Source of the DNA: Vulcanimicrobiota bacterium | GTDB lineage: Bacteria > Vulcanimicrobiota > Xenobia > Xenobiales > JADMJV01 | Length of the DNA stretch: 64,000 nt | Assembly (NCBI GenBank): GCA_050250895.1 | Contig: JBFWNU010000001.1 | Span: forward strand, 224,001 to 288,000 | Direction: 5' to 3' | Shown: positions 1 to 9,102 of the stretch, in pieces | Layout of the letters: each line of letters opens with the position of its first letter | How positions within the stretch are numbered: position 1 is the stretch's first letter | Position numbers and translations under genes: made by a program | The notes under the pieces: generated by a model | Databases searched by the model: none | Seen by the model: only the letters and a program-made list of their open reading frames with translations | Told to the model about the DNA's origin: nothing

Positions 1-998
1 CAGACGACGAAATTCCACGAGGCTCCGTGCCAGAGACCGCTGACCAAAAACGTGATCAGGATGTTGGCCAGCTTGCGACCCGAGCTGACTCGGCTGCCGC
101 CCAGCGGAATGAAGACATAGTCACGAAACCAGGTCGACAGCGAGATGTGCCAGCGGCGCCAGAATTCGTCGAGGCTCTGGCTGAAGTAGGGGTAGGCGAA
201 GTTGCGCATCAGCCGAAATCCGAGCAACCGAGCGGTGCCGATGGCGATGTCGGAATAGCCCGAAAAATCACCATAAATCTGGAACGCAAAGCATACGGTG
301 GCGAAAATCAGGGTGGGCCCGCTGACCCGTTCGGGGCTGGCATAGACCAGATCGACGATGGGAGCGAGCTGGTCGGCCACGGCCAGTTTCTTGAAGAAGC
401 CCCACAGGATCTGGCGACACCCTTCGCGCGCTTCTTCGAGTTCAAAAGCTCGTGGCTGGGTGAACTGGGGGATCAGGTTGGTGGCCCGTTCGATGGGACC
501 GGCCACCAACTGCGGAAAGAAGGCTACGAAAGCGAGAAAATCGACCAGATTGTCGGTGGGCTCGAGCTGGCCGCGATAGATATCGATGGTGTAGCTCATC
601 GTCTGAAAGGTGTAGAAACTGATGCCCACCGGCAGCACCACATGGACCGTGAACGGATCGAGGGCAAGGCCAAGGGACGAAGCCAGGGCCACGGCGTTCT
701 CGGCGAAGAAGTTGAAGTATTTGAAGAAGCCCAGCAAGCCCAGATTGCAGACCAGCGAGACCAACAACCATCCCCTTCTCGAACCGGCTTGCCGGGCCCG
801 AAACAGATTGCGACCGGCTACGAAATCGACCAGTGACGAAAACAGCATCAATCCGCAGAAACGCCAGTCCCACCAGCCATAGAAGAAATAACTGGCCAGC
901 ACCAAGAAGACGTTCTGGCGCCGCGGCTCTTTGAGCCCCCAATAGAGCGCGAACACCATGGGTAGAAACAGGACGTAGGTGAGGGTGGTGAAGGTCAC
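1..998 (-). CDS. MBOAT family O-acyltransferase (AlgI/DltB-like), 3' end runs off the window
   Basis: Not in the ORF track. Manual translation from GTG at 998 gives MTFTTLTYVLFLPMVFALYWGLKEPRRQNVFLVLASYFFYGWWDWRF..., later LPVGISFYTFQTMSYTIDIYRG and FFPQLVAGPIER, which are AlgI-type motifs. Confidence 0.92.
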   Translation of the reverse strand, partial: MTFTTLTYVLFLPMVFALYWGLKEPRRQNVFLVLASYFFYGWWDWRFCGLMLFSSLVDFVAGRNLFRARQAGSRRGWLLVSLVCNLGLLGFFKYFNFFAENAVALASSLGLALDPFTVHVVLPVGISFYTFQTMSYTIDIYRGQLEPTDNLVDFLAFVAFFPQLVAGPIERATNLIPQFTQPRAFELEEAREGCRQILWGFFKKLAVADQLAPIVDLVYASPERVSGPTLIFATVCFAFQIYGDFSGYSDIAIGTARLLGFRLMRNFAYPYFSQSLDEFWRRWHISLSTWFRDYVFIPLGGSRVSSGRKLANILITFLVSGLWHGASWNFVV

Positions 999-1063
999 TG
1001 GTTGAGCGTTTTCGCAGCAGAAACTGGCGTTTCCTAGGCCCCTTTGTGTGCTACACTATCAGG

Positions 1064-1555
1064 GTGACGGAATCGGATTTTCTCGGACTGGTGGACACCA
1101 CTTTTCTACCCGAGCCCTACACCGAATCGACCGACGGCCCCGAGTCGGTGCTTAGACTCTTTCAGTTGCGCTCGGTCGGGGCCCGCTATGCGCTGGCCGT
1201 AACCCGCTGGACCAGCGGCGTGGCGGGCCAAGAACAACTGCAGACGCTGCGGCTTCGCCTGACCACGCACTTCAAAGCGGGCTGGCTCTCTCAAATCGGA
1301 GCGATCGCCTTCTTCCTCGGCCAGCCCTTCGATTGGGAAACCGCGACCGTCGAACTGCAACCCGACTGGCACGGCCTGCATCCCATCATTTTCCAGGGAG
1401 TCATCTTCGTCGATCTAGCCACCGTGCGCGCCCACGTGGCCCGTAGTCAGTGGGGGCCCATCAAGTTCGGCAACATCCAGGGCCAGTTCACCCGCGTCCA
1501 CGAGTTTCTCGAACTGCTCGAGGTCAACAGCAACGCTCAGGCCGGCTGGGCCTGA
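1064..1555 (+). CDS. hypothetical protein
   Basis: ORF 1046..1555; GTG at 1064 lies 6 nt after TGcTACACT (extended -10), so probably leaderless. No recognised family. Confidence 0.65.
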   Translation: MTESDFLGLVDTTFLPEPYTESTDGPESVLRLFQLRSVGARYALAVTRWTSGVAGQEQLQTLRLRLTTHFKAGWLSQIGAIAFFLGQPFDWETATVELQPDWHGLHPIIFQGVIFVDLATVRAHVARSQWGPIKFGNIQGQFTRVHEFLELLEVNSNAQAGWA

Positions 1556-1585
1556 ACCGCGAGGGGGTGGCGCCTCCTTCGTCGC

Positions 1586-3325
1586 CTAGCGAATGACGAA
1601 GGAATTGAGCATCTCGTCGACTTCGGCCAGCACGTCCCGGTCGCCCGGAGTGTCTGAGTCGAGGGCCACGATGTAGAGGCGGTTGTTGGCCGTGGCCACG
1701 ATGGTCATCAGGGCTCCCCCATTGGGCTTGGTGCAGTCGAGCACGGTGGCCGGAAAGCCCCCCAGCTTGTTCTGGTTCTCGGTGTCGACCGTCACGCTTC
1801 GTTTGGCCAGCTCGTCGCGCAGGGCTCTGACTGCCCCGGCCACATCGTTGTTGTTGGGAGCGACCGCCACCTCGAGAGTGCTCTGCGAGCCGCGGGTCAA
1901 CTTCAAGACGGTGTTCTGGTCGGGGGTGGCCTTGACCCAGTTGAAGGGGATGGTCAGGCCAAAGCCGTTTTGAGTGTCGAAATAGGTCTGACTACCGTTC
2001 GGGTTGGGGGCCGGCGGCGGCGCGACGGCCACTTTGTCGATCTTGAACTTCCAGCTGCGCGACTGCTGCACGCCGTTGACCCAGGCCGTTACGGTGGCGC
2101 TATGCTGGGTCATATCGAGATCCCATTGGGCGTCCCAGACAATCTCCTGGCCAGAGAACCGGGCCTGCTGGGTAAAGTCGCGTCCGTCGATGACCAGCTT
2201 GGCTTTGGAGGCGCGTTGGTCGAAGGTGGAACCGATACGGGGGCGGCGCTCGGTGGTGACGCTGCCGTCGGCAGGCGTCGGGGTGAAGTTCATCGCGGCC
2301 GTGGGAGCCGTCCCGGTACTGGTGGTCTGGGTGGCGTTGCCCCGCTCGGTCGTCAAGTTGACGGCCGGGCTGTTGGCGGAATCGGTGACGGTGATTTCCA
2401 TGGGCTGGCCACGCTTGACCGCGCCGGCATCGAGAAGAACCGAATAGGTTCCGTCCCTGGCGACCAGAGCCTGGCCCTGAAAACGCAATTTGTGTCCGGC
2501 CAATTGAGAAAGCACGTCCATCTTCGGGTGCTCGACGGTGACGCTCACGGTGGAACCGGGTATGCCCTTCCCCTGGACGTTGAAGTTGGGGCCCAGAATG
2601 GTGCCGTTGCGCATGTTCGTCACCGTCAGCGCGGGGCTCACCGGAGCCGGCGCCGTGGGATTGACCGGTGACGGGGAGACCGGCGTGCTTGCACCCCTCA
2701 CCGTGTCGAAGTTCCAGTTGTGGGAAAGATTCTGGCCGCTAGAGCCACGGGCGGCCACCTCGACTTTATGGTTGCCCAGACCCAGGTCAAAGCCCGGCGT
2801 CCAGGTCAACACCTGCCCGCTGACATTGGCCTGGCGGCTAAAGTTGACTCCGTCGACAAACAGGTCGACCGAGTTGGAACGAACCTGTTCGGGAAACTCG
2901 ACCCGAATCACCGGGCGAGCGAACCGAACGCTACCCATCGGCGAGACGACAAAGGCCGGGGCCGCAGCCACCGGGGTACCGTTGGCGGCCACGGTGATCA
3001 GTCGAGAGGCCTCCTCGGTAGCTTGCCGTCCCTGCACTACCAGAGTGACCAGCACCACCCCATTTTGGACATCAAGCCCTCGGGGGATGCTCCAGTGAGC
3101 CTCGTAGCGCCCAAACGACGTTTCTTGCATCGAGAACTTCTTGGTCTTGCCAAGAATCTCGAACTGAGCCTGGCCGCCGCCCGTGCCCGTCATGATCACA
3201 TGCAGGTCGTCGCCGGATCGCAGCACGGTGGTGGCATTGTGAAATACCTTGTCGATGCGTTGGGCGGCCGCGGGCGCGGCCAACAGCAAACACAACAGCA
3301 GCGTAGAAACGCTAAAAATCCGCAT
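1586..3325 (-). CDS. secreted protein with repeated Ig-like domains and a C-terminal PsbP-like domain
   Basis: Signal peptide ending AAPAAA; two similar beta modules (RPVIRVEF..VDGVNFSRQA..DLGLGNH..WNF and RPRIGSTF..IDGRDFTQQA..DLDMTQH..WKF); Pro linkers; C-terminal FGLTIPFNW...EMLNSF pattern. Confidence 0.7.
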   Translation of the reverse strand: MRIFSVSTLLLCLLLAAPAAAQRIDKVFHNATTVLRSGDDLHVIMTGTGGGQAQFEILGKTKKFSMQETSFGRYEAHWSIPRGLDVQNGVVLVTLVVQGRQATEEASRLITVAANGTPVAAAPAFVVSPMGSVRFARPVIRVEFPEQVRSNSVDLFVDGVNFSRQANVSGQVLTWTPGFDLGLGNHKVEVAARGSSGQNLSHNWNFDTVRGASTPVSPSPVNPTAPAPVSPALTVTNMRNGTILGPNFNVQGKGIPGSTVSVTVEHPKMDVLSQLAGHKLRFQGQALVARDGTYSVLLDAGAVKRGQPMEITVTDSANSPAVNLTTERGNATQTTSTGTAPTAAMNFTPTPADGSVTTERRPRIGSTFDQRASKAKLVIDGRDFTQQARFSGQEIVWDAQWDLDMTQHSATVTAWVNGVQQSRSWKFKIDKVAVAPPPAPNPNGSQTYFDTQNGFGLTIPFNWVKATPDQNTVLKLTRGSQSTLEVAVAPNNNDVAGAVRALRDELAKRSVTVDTENQNKLGGFPATVLDCTKPNGGALMTIVATANNRLYIVALDSDTPGDRDVLAEVDEMLNSFVIR

Positions 3326-3455
3326 GAAAACACCCCTGGTCCCAATCCTCGATTAGAAGAGGGCGTTTTCGTCGCGAACCTGACGACCCCAACGTTGGAC
3401 CTTTCGTCGCCTTCTTGGGTCAACCTTCCGACCACACTGCAAGCGTTCGACCCGG

Positions 3456-3631
3456 AAAACACTGCCCGAGGTGCTCGAGCGGGTCAAGCCCAACGTGATT
3501 TGCGTGGACAACGTCATCTTGTTTCCGGCCATCAAACAGTATGGAAGCCGTGGGTGCGCATCATCTCGTGCAGCGAAAACGAGATTGCCGACCCCGACAT
3601 TCCGCCTAACTTGTCGGGCTGCGCTCAAGAC
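3456..3631 (+). pseudogene. frameshifted internal fragment of a glycosyltransferase, homologous to 4774..4950
   Basis: Hand alignment to 4774..4950 shows 20 substitutions and one 1-nt deletion (GGAAG vs GGCAAG) over 59 codons. Confidence 0.9.
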
Positions 3632-3649
3632 GGCGCTGGCTGGGCCTGA

Positions 3650-4066
3650 TCACAGGAACGGATTCTCGACTCGGACACCGCCGAAGTCCTGATTGTGATT
3701 CAAATCTTCGGAAAGCAACACTCGACATCCCGACACCCTTGCCGCCTCGACGATAGCTGCGTCCCAGTAGGAGATTTGATATCGCTCTTTGGACGCTAGA
3801 GCGGCATCAACGAGATCGAGGGTCAAGTCCGCTACCGGGTATCGCTTGAATGTTTCCCCCAATTCGACGGCTTGCTGGTGCGATAAAGGGGCCGGATGAC
3901 CTGGACGGGTCGCTTGGACGTAGAATTCTTGCAACACCTGAACTGAGAGGGCCAGGTCTTTCGAGCGAAGGATTCTCCTCGCCGTGGCTGCTTTGGTCGA
4001 TTCGTTCGGAGTTCGGCTGATGGCGTAAAGGAGAATGTTGGTGTCGAGAAACCTAAGATCGCTCAT
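3650..4066 (-). CDS. vapC: PIN-domain toxin (VapC family)
   Basis: FLDTNILLY, QVLQEFY, ISYWDAAIVEAA and LLSEDL motifs with the acidic PIN residues. Confidence 0.93.
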   Translation of the reverse strand: MSDLRFLDTNILLYAISRTPNESTKAATARRILRSKDLALSVQVLQEFYVQATRPGHPAPLSHQQAVELGETFKRYPVADLTLDLVDAALASKERYQISYWDAAIVEAARVSGCRVLLSEDLNHNQDFGGVRVENPFL

Positions 4067-4286
4067 AGAGCGAATCTCGGTTCAACCGGCAACCGGCCGA
4101 GAACGGCGGCAAGGTTTCCATCAACTCTTCCTGTCTCCGCAACTTGCGGTCGAAGTCCGATTCCTCTTGCGTTAACCCGGAGAGAAACTCGCGGACCAAA
4201 GCACTCACGGAGGTATTCTTTTCTGCCGCGAGTACACGTGCCCGGCGATAAACTTCCTCCGGCACAGAAACTGTGATATTCTTCAC
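4053..4286 (-). CDS. ribbon-helix-helix antitoxin (VapB-like)
   Basis: MKNITVSVPEEVYRRARVLAAEKNTSVSALVREFL is an RHH pattern; overlaps the toxin start. Confidence 0.88.
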   Translation of the reverse strand: MKNITVSVPEEVYRRARVLAAEKNTSVSALVREFLSGLTQEESDFDRKLRRQEELMETLPPFSAGCRLNRDSLYERS

Positions 4287-4292
4287 AGCATC

Positions 4293-4321
4293 ACAGTAGC
4301 ATCCAGGGTCTGCCCTGTCAA
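4293..4321 (-). promoter_or_regulatory. sigma70-type promoter of the TA operon, leaderless transcript
   Basis: Minus strand reads TTGACA-17 nt-TACTGT with a TG extension; the GTG start is 6 nt downstream. CTGTG/CACAG repeats nearby may be the operator. Confidence 0.8.
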
Positions 4322-4446
4322 CGAACGCCGTCAGGAGACCGACCGCGCTGCTAACGTCACACTCGGCCGGCCCGGGGCCTCGGGGGTTTCACACCGTGAA
4401 ATCTCGGCCAGGAGCGATTGTCAGAATTGCCGAATCGGGGCCTTCT

Positions 4447-5721
4447 ATGTCACAAAAGGTCATCGCTTTTTTTCCCGAAGCCGCCTACGGGCCGGCGCTC
4501 AACTCGGTGGGCATCGCCCAGGCGTGCGAACGCCAGGGCCACCGGGCCGTCTTTCTTACCGCCCCCGACATGGAGGGCACCTATAAAGCCTATGGCTTCG
4601 AAGAGCACCTGGTGCCGATGTCGGCCCCCATGCCCCCCGAAGAGGTGGCGGCCTACTGGCAGAACTTCATCGACGGTCACATTCCCAACTTCAACAAGAC
4701 CCCCTACGAGCAGATCGACAACTATGTCAAAGACTGCTGGGAGGCCATCGTCGAGACAGCCATCTGGGCCCAGAAGACGCTGCCCGACGTGCTCGAACGG
4801 GTCAAGCCCGACGTCATTTGCGTCGACAACGTCATCTTGTTTCCGGCCATCAAGCAATACGGCAAGCCGTGGGTGCGCATCATCTCGTGTAGCGAAAACG
4901 AGATTCCCGACCCCGACATTCCGCCCCATCTTTCGGGCTGTGGGCAAGACGACCACGACGGGTTCGAGGCCTACGAGCAGCGCTTCCAAGAGGTGATCGG
5001 CCCGATCCACCAACGCTTCAACGCCTTTTTGGATGAGCACGGCGAAGACCCGTACCCCTCGGGCGAGTTCTTCGAGGCCTCGCCCTATCTCAATCTGCTG
5101 CTTTATCCCGAGCCGGTCAAGTTCAAACGACGCGAGCCCCTCGACCCGGCCCGCTTTCAGTATCTCGAGGGCTGCGTGCGCAAGGAGGCCGACTATACCG
5201 TGCCCACCTTCAAGGATAAACAGAATCAGCCGCTGGTCTACGTCAGCTTCGGCTCGCTGGGGTGCGGTGATACGGCCACTCTCGATCGCCTCATCCAGGC
5301 CCTGGGTCAGCTGCCGGTGCGGGCTCTGGTCAATGTAGGCGCCGCCCTCGACAGCTATCAGAACGTGCCGGCCAATGTCCACCTCGATAAGTGGTTTCCC
5401 CAACCCTCGGTCATTCCTCAGGTCGACGCGGTGATCCACCATGGCGGCAACAACACCTTCACCGAGTGTCTCTACTTCGGCAAGCCGGCCATCATCATGC
5501 CCTACGTCTGGGACGGCCACGACAACGCCACCCGGGTGCAAGAAACAGGCCACGGCCTCAAGATGCACCGGGCCGACTGGACCCTCGAAGAGCTGGCCCA
5601 GAACCTGAACTTCATCCTCACCGACCCGGCCATGAAAGGCAAACTGGCCGAGACCTCGGCCCGCATGCAGGCCGCGCCCGGCCCGGAGAAGGCTGCCAAC
5701 CTGATTGCGGGGCTGCTGTGA
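4447..5721 (+). CDS. GT1 (MGT/UDP-glycosyltransferase family) glycosyltransferase
   Basis: VYVSFGSLG and WFPQPSVIPQVDAVIHHGGNNTFTECLYFGKPAIIMP (PSPG-like box); ATG at 4447. Confidence 0.9.
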   Translation: MSQKVIAFFPEAAYGPALNSVGIAQACERQGHRAVFLTAPDMEGTYKAYGFEEHLVPMSAPMPPEEVAAYWQNFIDGHIPNFNKTPYEQIDNYVKDCWEAIVETAIWAQKTLPDVLERVKPDVICVDNVILFPAIKQYGKPWVRIISCSENEIPDPDIPPHLSGCGQDDHDGFEAYEQRFQEVIGPIHQRFNAFLDEHGEDPYPSGEFFEASPYLNLLLYPEPVKFKRREPLDPARFQYLEGCVRKEADYTVPTFKDKQNQPLVYVSFGSLGCGDTATLDRLIQALGQLPVRALVNVGAALDSYQNVPANVHLDKWFPQPSVIPQVDAVIHHGGNNTFTECLYFGKPAIIMPYVWDGHDNATRVQETGHGLKMHRADWTLEELAQNLNFILTDPAMKGKLAETSARMQAAPGPEKAANLIAGLL

Positions 5722-6323
5722 AGGCGGTGGCTGTGCGGGGTACCGACCTGCCCCACCAGTTGCACCCCGACGTGGCCGTGGCCCACCTGACGGTGGGCAG
5801 CCACGCCTGGCGCTTCGAGCGCGACCAGGTGACCCACATCACCGCCGGTCGGGCGCTCTGTGACGGCCTCTTGCTCGAACCCGACATGCTGGTGCACTTC
5901 AAGCAGGGCACGGCCGTCACGATCGAGGTGGACGAGCCACTCCACTACGTCTACATGCAGTGTGAAGGCGGGCCCGCCGCTCAGACGCCGGTGTTGCGCC
6001 AGGTCAACGGCAGCCTGCCCGAAAAGGACTGGGGTCCCATCCCCACCATGCTCGAGGGCGAGTCGCGCACCAGCGGCGTGCTGCTCTCGCGCGAGCCCGA
6101 CGGCCGGGCCGAGAGCGGCATCTGGATCTGCACCCCGGGAGTGTGGGCCTGTCACGTGACCCGTGACGAGCTGTGCCACTTCTTGCTGGGCCGCTGCACT
6201 TACACCTCGGATGAGGGCGAGGTGCTCGAGATCGTGCCCGACACCGTCGCCTTCTTTCCCCAGGATTGGCGCGGCACTTGCGCGGTCCACGAGACGGTGA
6301 GAAAGGTCTATTGCATCCGATGA
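5718..6323 (+). CDS. cupin domain protein (DUF861/EutQ-like)
   Basis: ESGIWICTPGVW...DELCHFLLGRCTY...FFPQDWRGTCAVHETVRKVY; GTGA overlap with the upstream stop. Confidence 0.85.
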   Translation: MKAVAVRGTDLPHQLHPDVAVAHLTVGSHAWRFERDQVTHITAGRALCDGLLLEPDMLVHFKQGTAVTIEVDEPLHYVYMQCEGGPAAQTPVLRQVNGSLPEKDWGPIPTMLEGESRTSGVLLSREPDGRAESGIWICTPGVWACHVTRDELCHFLLGRCTYTSDEGEVLEIVPDTVAFFPQDWRGTCAVHETVRKVYCIR

Positions 6324-7789
6324 GCGCCCATCACTTTCTCGGCGGGCTGGTGCCGGCTCAGGGAACGCCCCGCCCAGTGATAGACCCGGCCACCCTCGAG
6401 ACGGTGGGCTACATCGCCGACGCCACCGAAGCCGAGATGCAGGCAGCCTTCGCAGCCGCCGCGGCCGCTCTTCCCGCGTGGCCCAATCTCGACGGCAAGA
6501 CGCGGGCCAATTTTCTGCACAAGGTGGCCGAGGTCATCGAGAAAGGCAACTTGCGCCCCATCGCCGAGCTGATGAGCCGCGAGATGGGCAAGCCCTTTCC
6601 TGAAGCGATGGGAGAACTGGCCAATGTCGCTCCCATCTTTCGCTACTATGCCGAGATCGCTCGCGACGAGGCCGGCAAGGTGGCCGCTCCTATCCAGCCC
6701 GGCTCGTTCCAATACTCGCGCAGTTTTCCTTACGGCACCAGCCTGCACATCGTGCCCTTCAACTTTCCCATCCTGCTGTTGTGCTGGACTCTGGCCGCCT
6801 CGCTGGCCGCCGGCAATGTGGCCATCGTCAAGCCGGCCGAGCCCACCACTTTGTGCACCTGGGCCTTTCTCGAGCTGATCGCGGCGGTCTTGCCCCAGGG
6901 GGTGATCAGCGGCCTGGCCGGCGGAGCCGAAGTGGGCAAAGCCCTGGTCGCCTCAGAGCACACCCAGGTGGTGGCCTTCACCGGTTCGGTGGCGGCGGCC
7001 CGCTCGGTGGGGGTGGCCTGTGCCGAGCAATTCAAACCGTGTCTGCTCGAAGCCGGCGGCAGCGACCCGCTGTTGGTGTCGGACAAGTGCAACCTCGAGG
7101 TGGCCATCGCCGGCTCGGTCACGGCCGCCTTTCACCTGTCGGGCCAGATCTGCACCTCGGCCGAGCGCTTCATGGTGCATGAGGCCGTCCACGACCGCTT
7201 CGTCGAAGGTCTGGTGGCCGGGGCCAAAAAGCTTCGCATCGGCCCGGGGCTGGGCAAAAGCGAGCTCGGTCCGCTGGTGTCTGAAGCCGCCCGCAACAAG
7301 GTGGTGCGACTGGTCGAGGGGGCACTGGCCAAAGGCGCCCGCCTCGAGACGGGCGGGCGTATTCCGCCCGAGCACCCGAGCGGCTGGTTTTATGAACCGA
7401 CCGTGCTGACCGGCGTCACTCCCGAGATGGAAATCTTCCACGAAGAGGTCTTCGGTCCGGTGGCCTCGGTCTTGAAAGTGAACTCGTTTGACGAGGCCCT
7501 GCGGCTGGCCAACGACTCGCGCTTTGGCCTGGGGGCCTCGCTTTTTTCCAACGACCTGGCCGAATCACTGCGCTTTGTCGACGAGGTCGAGTCAGGCATG
7601 GCCTGGGTCAACAATCCCCTCATCGATAACGACGCCCTGCCCTTCGGCGGCTGGAAGTGGTCGGGGCTGGGGCGGGCTTTGGGGCGCGAGGGACTCAACG
7701 CCTTCCGGCGCACCAAGATGGCCGTCATCGATCCCGTGCCCAAGATTCACGACTGGTGGTATCCTTACTCCGACGAGGTCTTTTTCTAG
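6320..7789 (+). CDS. NAD(P)-dependent aldehyde dehydrogenase
   Basis: PFNFP, KPAE, FTGS, LEAGG, catalytic GQICTS and EEVFGP; ATGA overlap. Confidence 0.95.
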   Translation: MSAHHFLGGLVPAQGTPRPVIDPATLETVGYIADATEAEMQAAFAAAAAALPAWPNLDGKTRANFLHKVAEVIEKGNLRPIAELMSREMGKPFPEAMGELANVAPIFRYYAEIARDEAGKVAAPIQPGSFQYSRSFPYGTSLHIVPFNFPILLLCWTLAASLAAGNVAIVKPAEPTTLCTWAFLELIAAVLPQGVISGLAGGAEVGKALVASEHTQVVAFTGSVAAARSVGVACAEQFKPCLLEAGGSDPLLVSDKCNLEVAIAGSVTAAFHLSGQICTSAERFMVHEAVHDRFVEGLVAGAKKLRIGPGLGKSELGPLVSEAARNKVVRLVEGALAKGARLETGGRIPPEHPSGWFYEPTVLTGVTPEMEIFHEEVFGPVASVLKVNSFDEALRLANDSRFGLGASLFSNDLAESLRFVDEVESGMAWVNNPLIDNDALPFGGWKWSGLGRALGREGLNAFRRTKMAVIDPVPKIHDWWYPYSDEVFF

Positions 7790-8971
7790 ATGCGCGTGTT
7801 GGTGCTGGGAGGGGCTGGCATGATGGGAGCCGGCACCATTCGTGATCTGCTCTCCGACCTTTCCCGGGGCATCTCGCAGGTGATTGCGGCCGACTTCCCG
7901 GCCGCCCTCGAACGCCTGCCTGAGGACCCCCGGCTGGTCAAGAGGCCCCTCGACGTCAACGACCAGCCGGCGCTGGCGGCGCTGCTGGCCGAATGCGACC
8001 TGTGCGTCAACGGCGTGCCCACCTTCGCCGGCCACCAGATGCAGCTTTTCGAGGCTTGTCTGGCGGCCCGGCGCACCTACGTCGACTATGGCGGCATGGG
8101 CGTTTATACGGTGCAGCAGAAGGCCGAGCACCAGCGCTTCGTCGAGGCCGGGGTGACGGCGGTGGTAGGGCTGGGAGCCGATCCGGGTCTCTCCAACGTC
8201 ATCTGCCGGGCCGTAGCCGATCGCCTCGATCAGATCGACAAGATCAACCTTTACTGGACGGCCACCTCGGTCGGCCCGGAGTGCCCGGTGCTGGTGCCTC
8301 CTTACTCCGTCTCGACGGTGTTGGCCGAGTACGCCAACCCCAGCCAGCAGTTCGTCGACGGTCGATTGCAAGAGATGCCGCCCCGGTCAGGGGTCGAGAC
8401 CATCGACCTGCCTGCGCCGTTCGGGCCGACCACCTTCATGTTCAGCCAGCACAGCGAGCCGCTGACGGTTCCCTTCGCCAAAGGCATCGCCGAGAAGGGT
8501 ATCCGCGAGTTCACCTGGCGGCTGGCCTTGCCCCACCGCGAACACGAGGCCTGGGTGGGTCTGGTCAAGGCCGGCTTTGGCGATTTCGACAACCCGGTCA
8601 GCGTGCCCGGAGGCACGGTGCGGCCGCTCGATGTGCTGCAAGCGGTCATCAACCGCAACCTGGCCGCCCATCCCGACCGACCCGAGGGCGAGGCCCACGA
8701 ACTGCACTTCGCTATCGGGCACGGCCGCAAGGCTGGCCACGCCACCCGAGTAACGGTGCGGGTGACGGGCCGACCCGATCCCCTCTACGACGGCTACGTC
8801 GACGCCGGCACCTCGATGAACATGTCGATCGGCGTTCAGCAGATCTTGCGGCGACCGCTGGTGCCGGGAGTGTGGGCTCCCGAGGAGTATTTCGAGGTCG
8901 AGCCCTATCTCGAAGAGGTCAGACGACGCCGCTTTCAGGTCGAGGTCGAAACCGTGATCACCGAAGCCTGA
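7790..8971 (+). CDS. saccharopine dehydrogenase family oxidoreductase
   Basis: Rossmann VLGGAGMMG, TYVDYGG, GLGADPGLSNV, HSEPLT and GVWAPE motifs. Confidence 0.9.
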   Translation: MRVLVLGGAGMMGAGTIRDLLSDLSRGISQVIAADFPAALERLPEDPRLVKRPLDVNDQPALAALLAECDLCVNGVPTFAGHQMQLFEACLAARRTYVDYGGMGVYTVQQKAEHQRFVEAGVTAVVGLGADPGLSNVICRAVADRLDQIDKINLYWTATSVGPECPVLVPPYSVSTVLAEYANPSQQFVDGRLQEMPPRSGVETIDLPAPFGPTTFMFSQHSEPLTVPFAKGIAEKGIREFTWRLALPHREHEAWVGLVKAGFGDFDNPVSVPGGTVRPLDVLQAVINRNLAAHPDRPEGEAHELHFAIGHGRKAGHATRVTVRVTGRPDPLYDGYVDAGTSMNMSIGVQQILRRPLVPGVWAPEEYFEVEPYLEEVRRRRFQVEVETVITEA

Positions 8972-8996
8972 CCGGCTAGCCCGGTCAGATATTTTT
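8968..8996 (+). terminator. probable intrinsic terminator
   Basis: CTGACCGG-ctagc-CCGGTCAG hairpin followed by ATATTTTT. Confidence 0.55.
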
Positions 8997-9102
8997 CAGG
9001 TTCCTCACCTATGCTATGGGGGCAGCGGGGGTCCCACCATTTGCGTCTCACTAACCTTTGGCTCGACTCTTGACTGCAAACTGCAGGAGAGTGTCCACGC
9101 CT

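Noticed and set aside
27-836. Long plus-strand ORF, and similar long shadow ORFs (23851..25659, 30931..32163, 52040..53836)
   Set aside because: Antisense shadows of clear genes, expected in high-GC DNA.
3456-4950. Diversity-generating retroelement TR/VR pair
   Set aside because: Mismatches are mostly third-position and not adenine-specific; no reverse transcriptase in the window.
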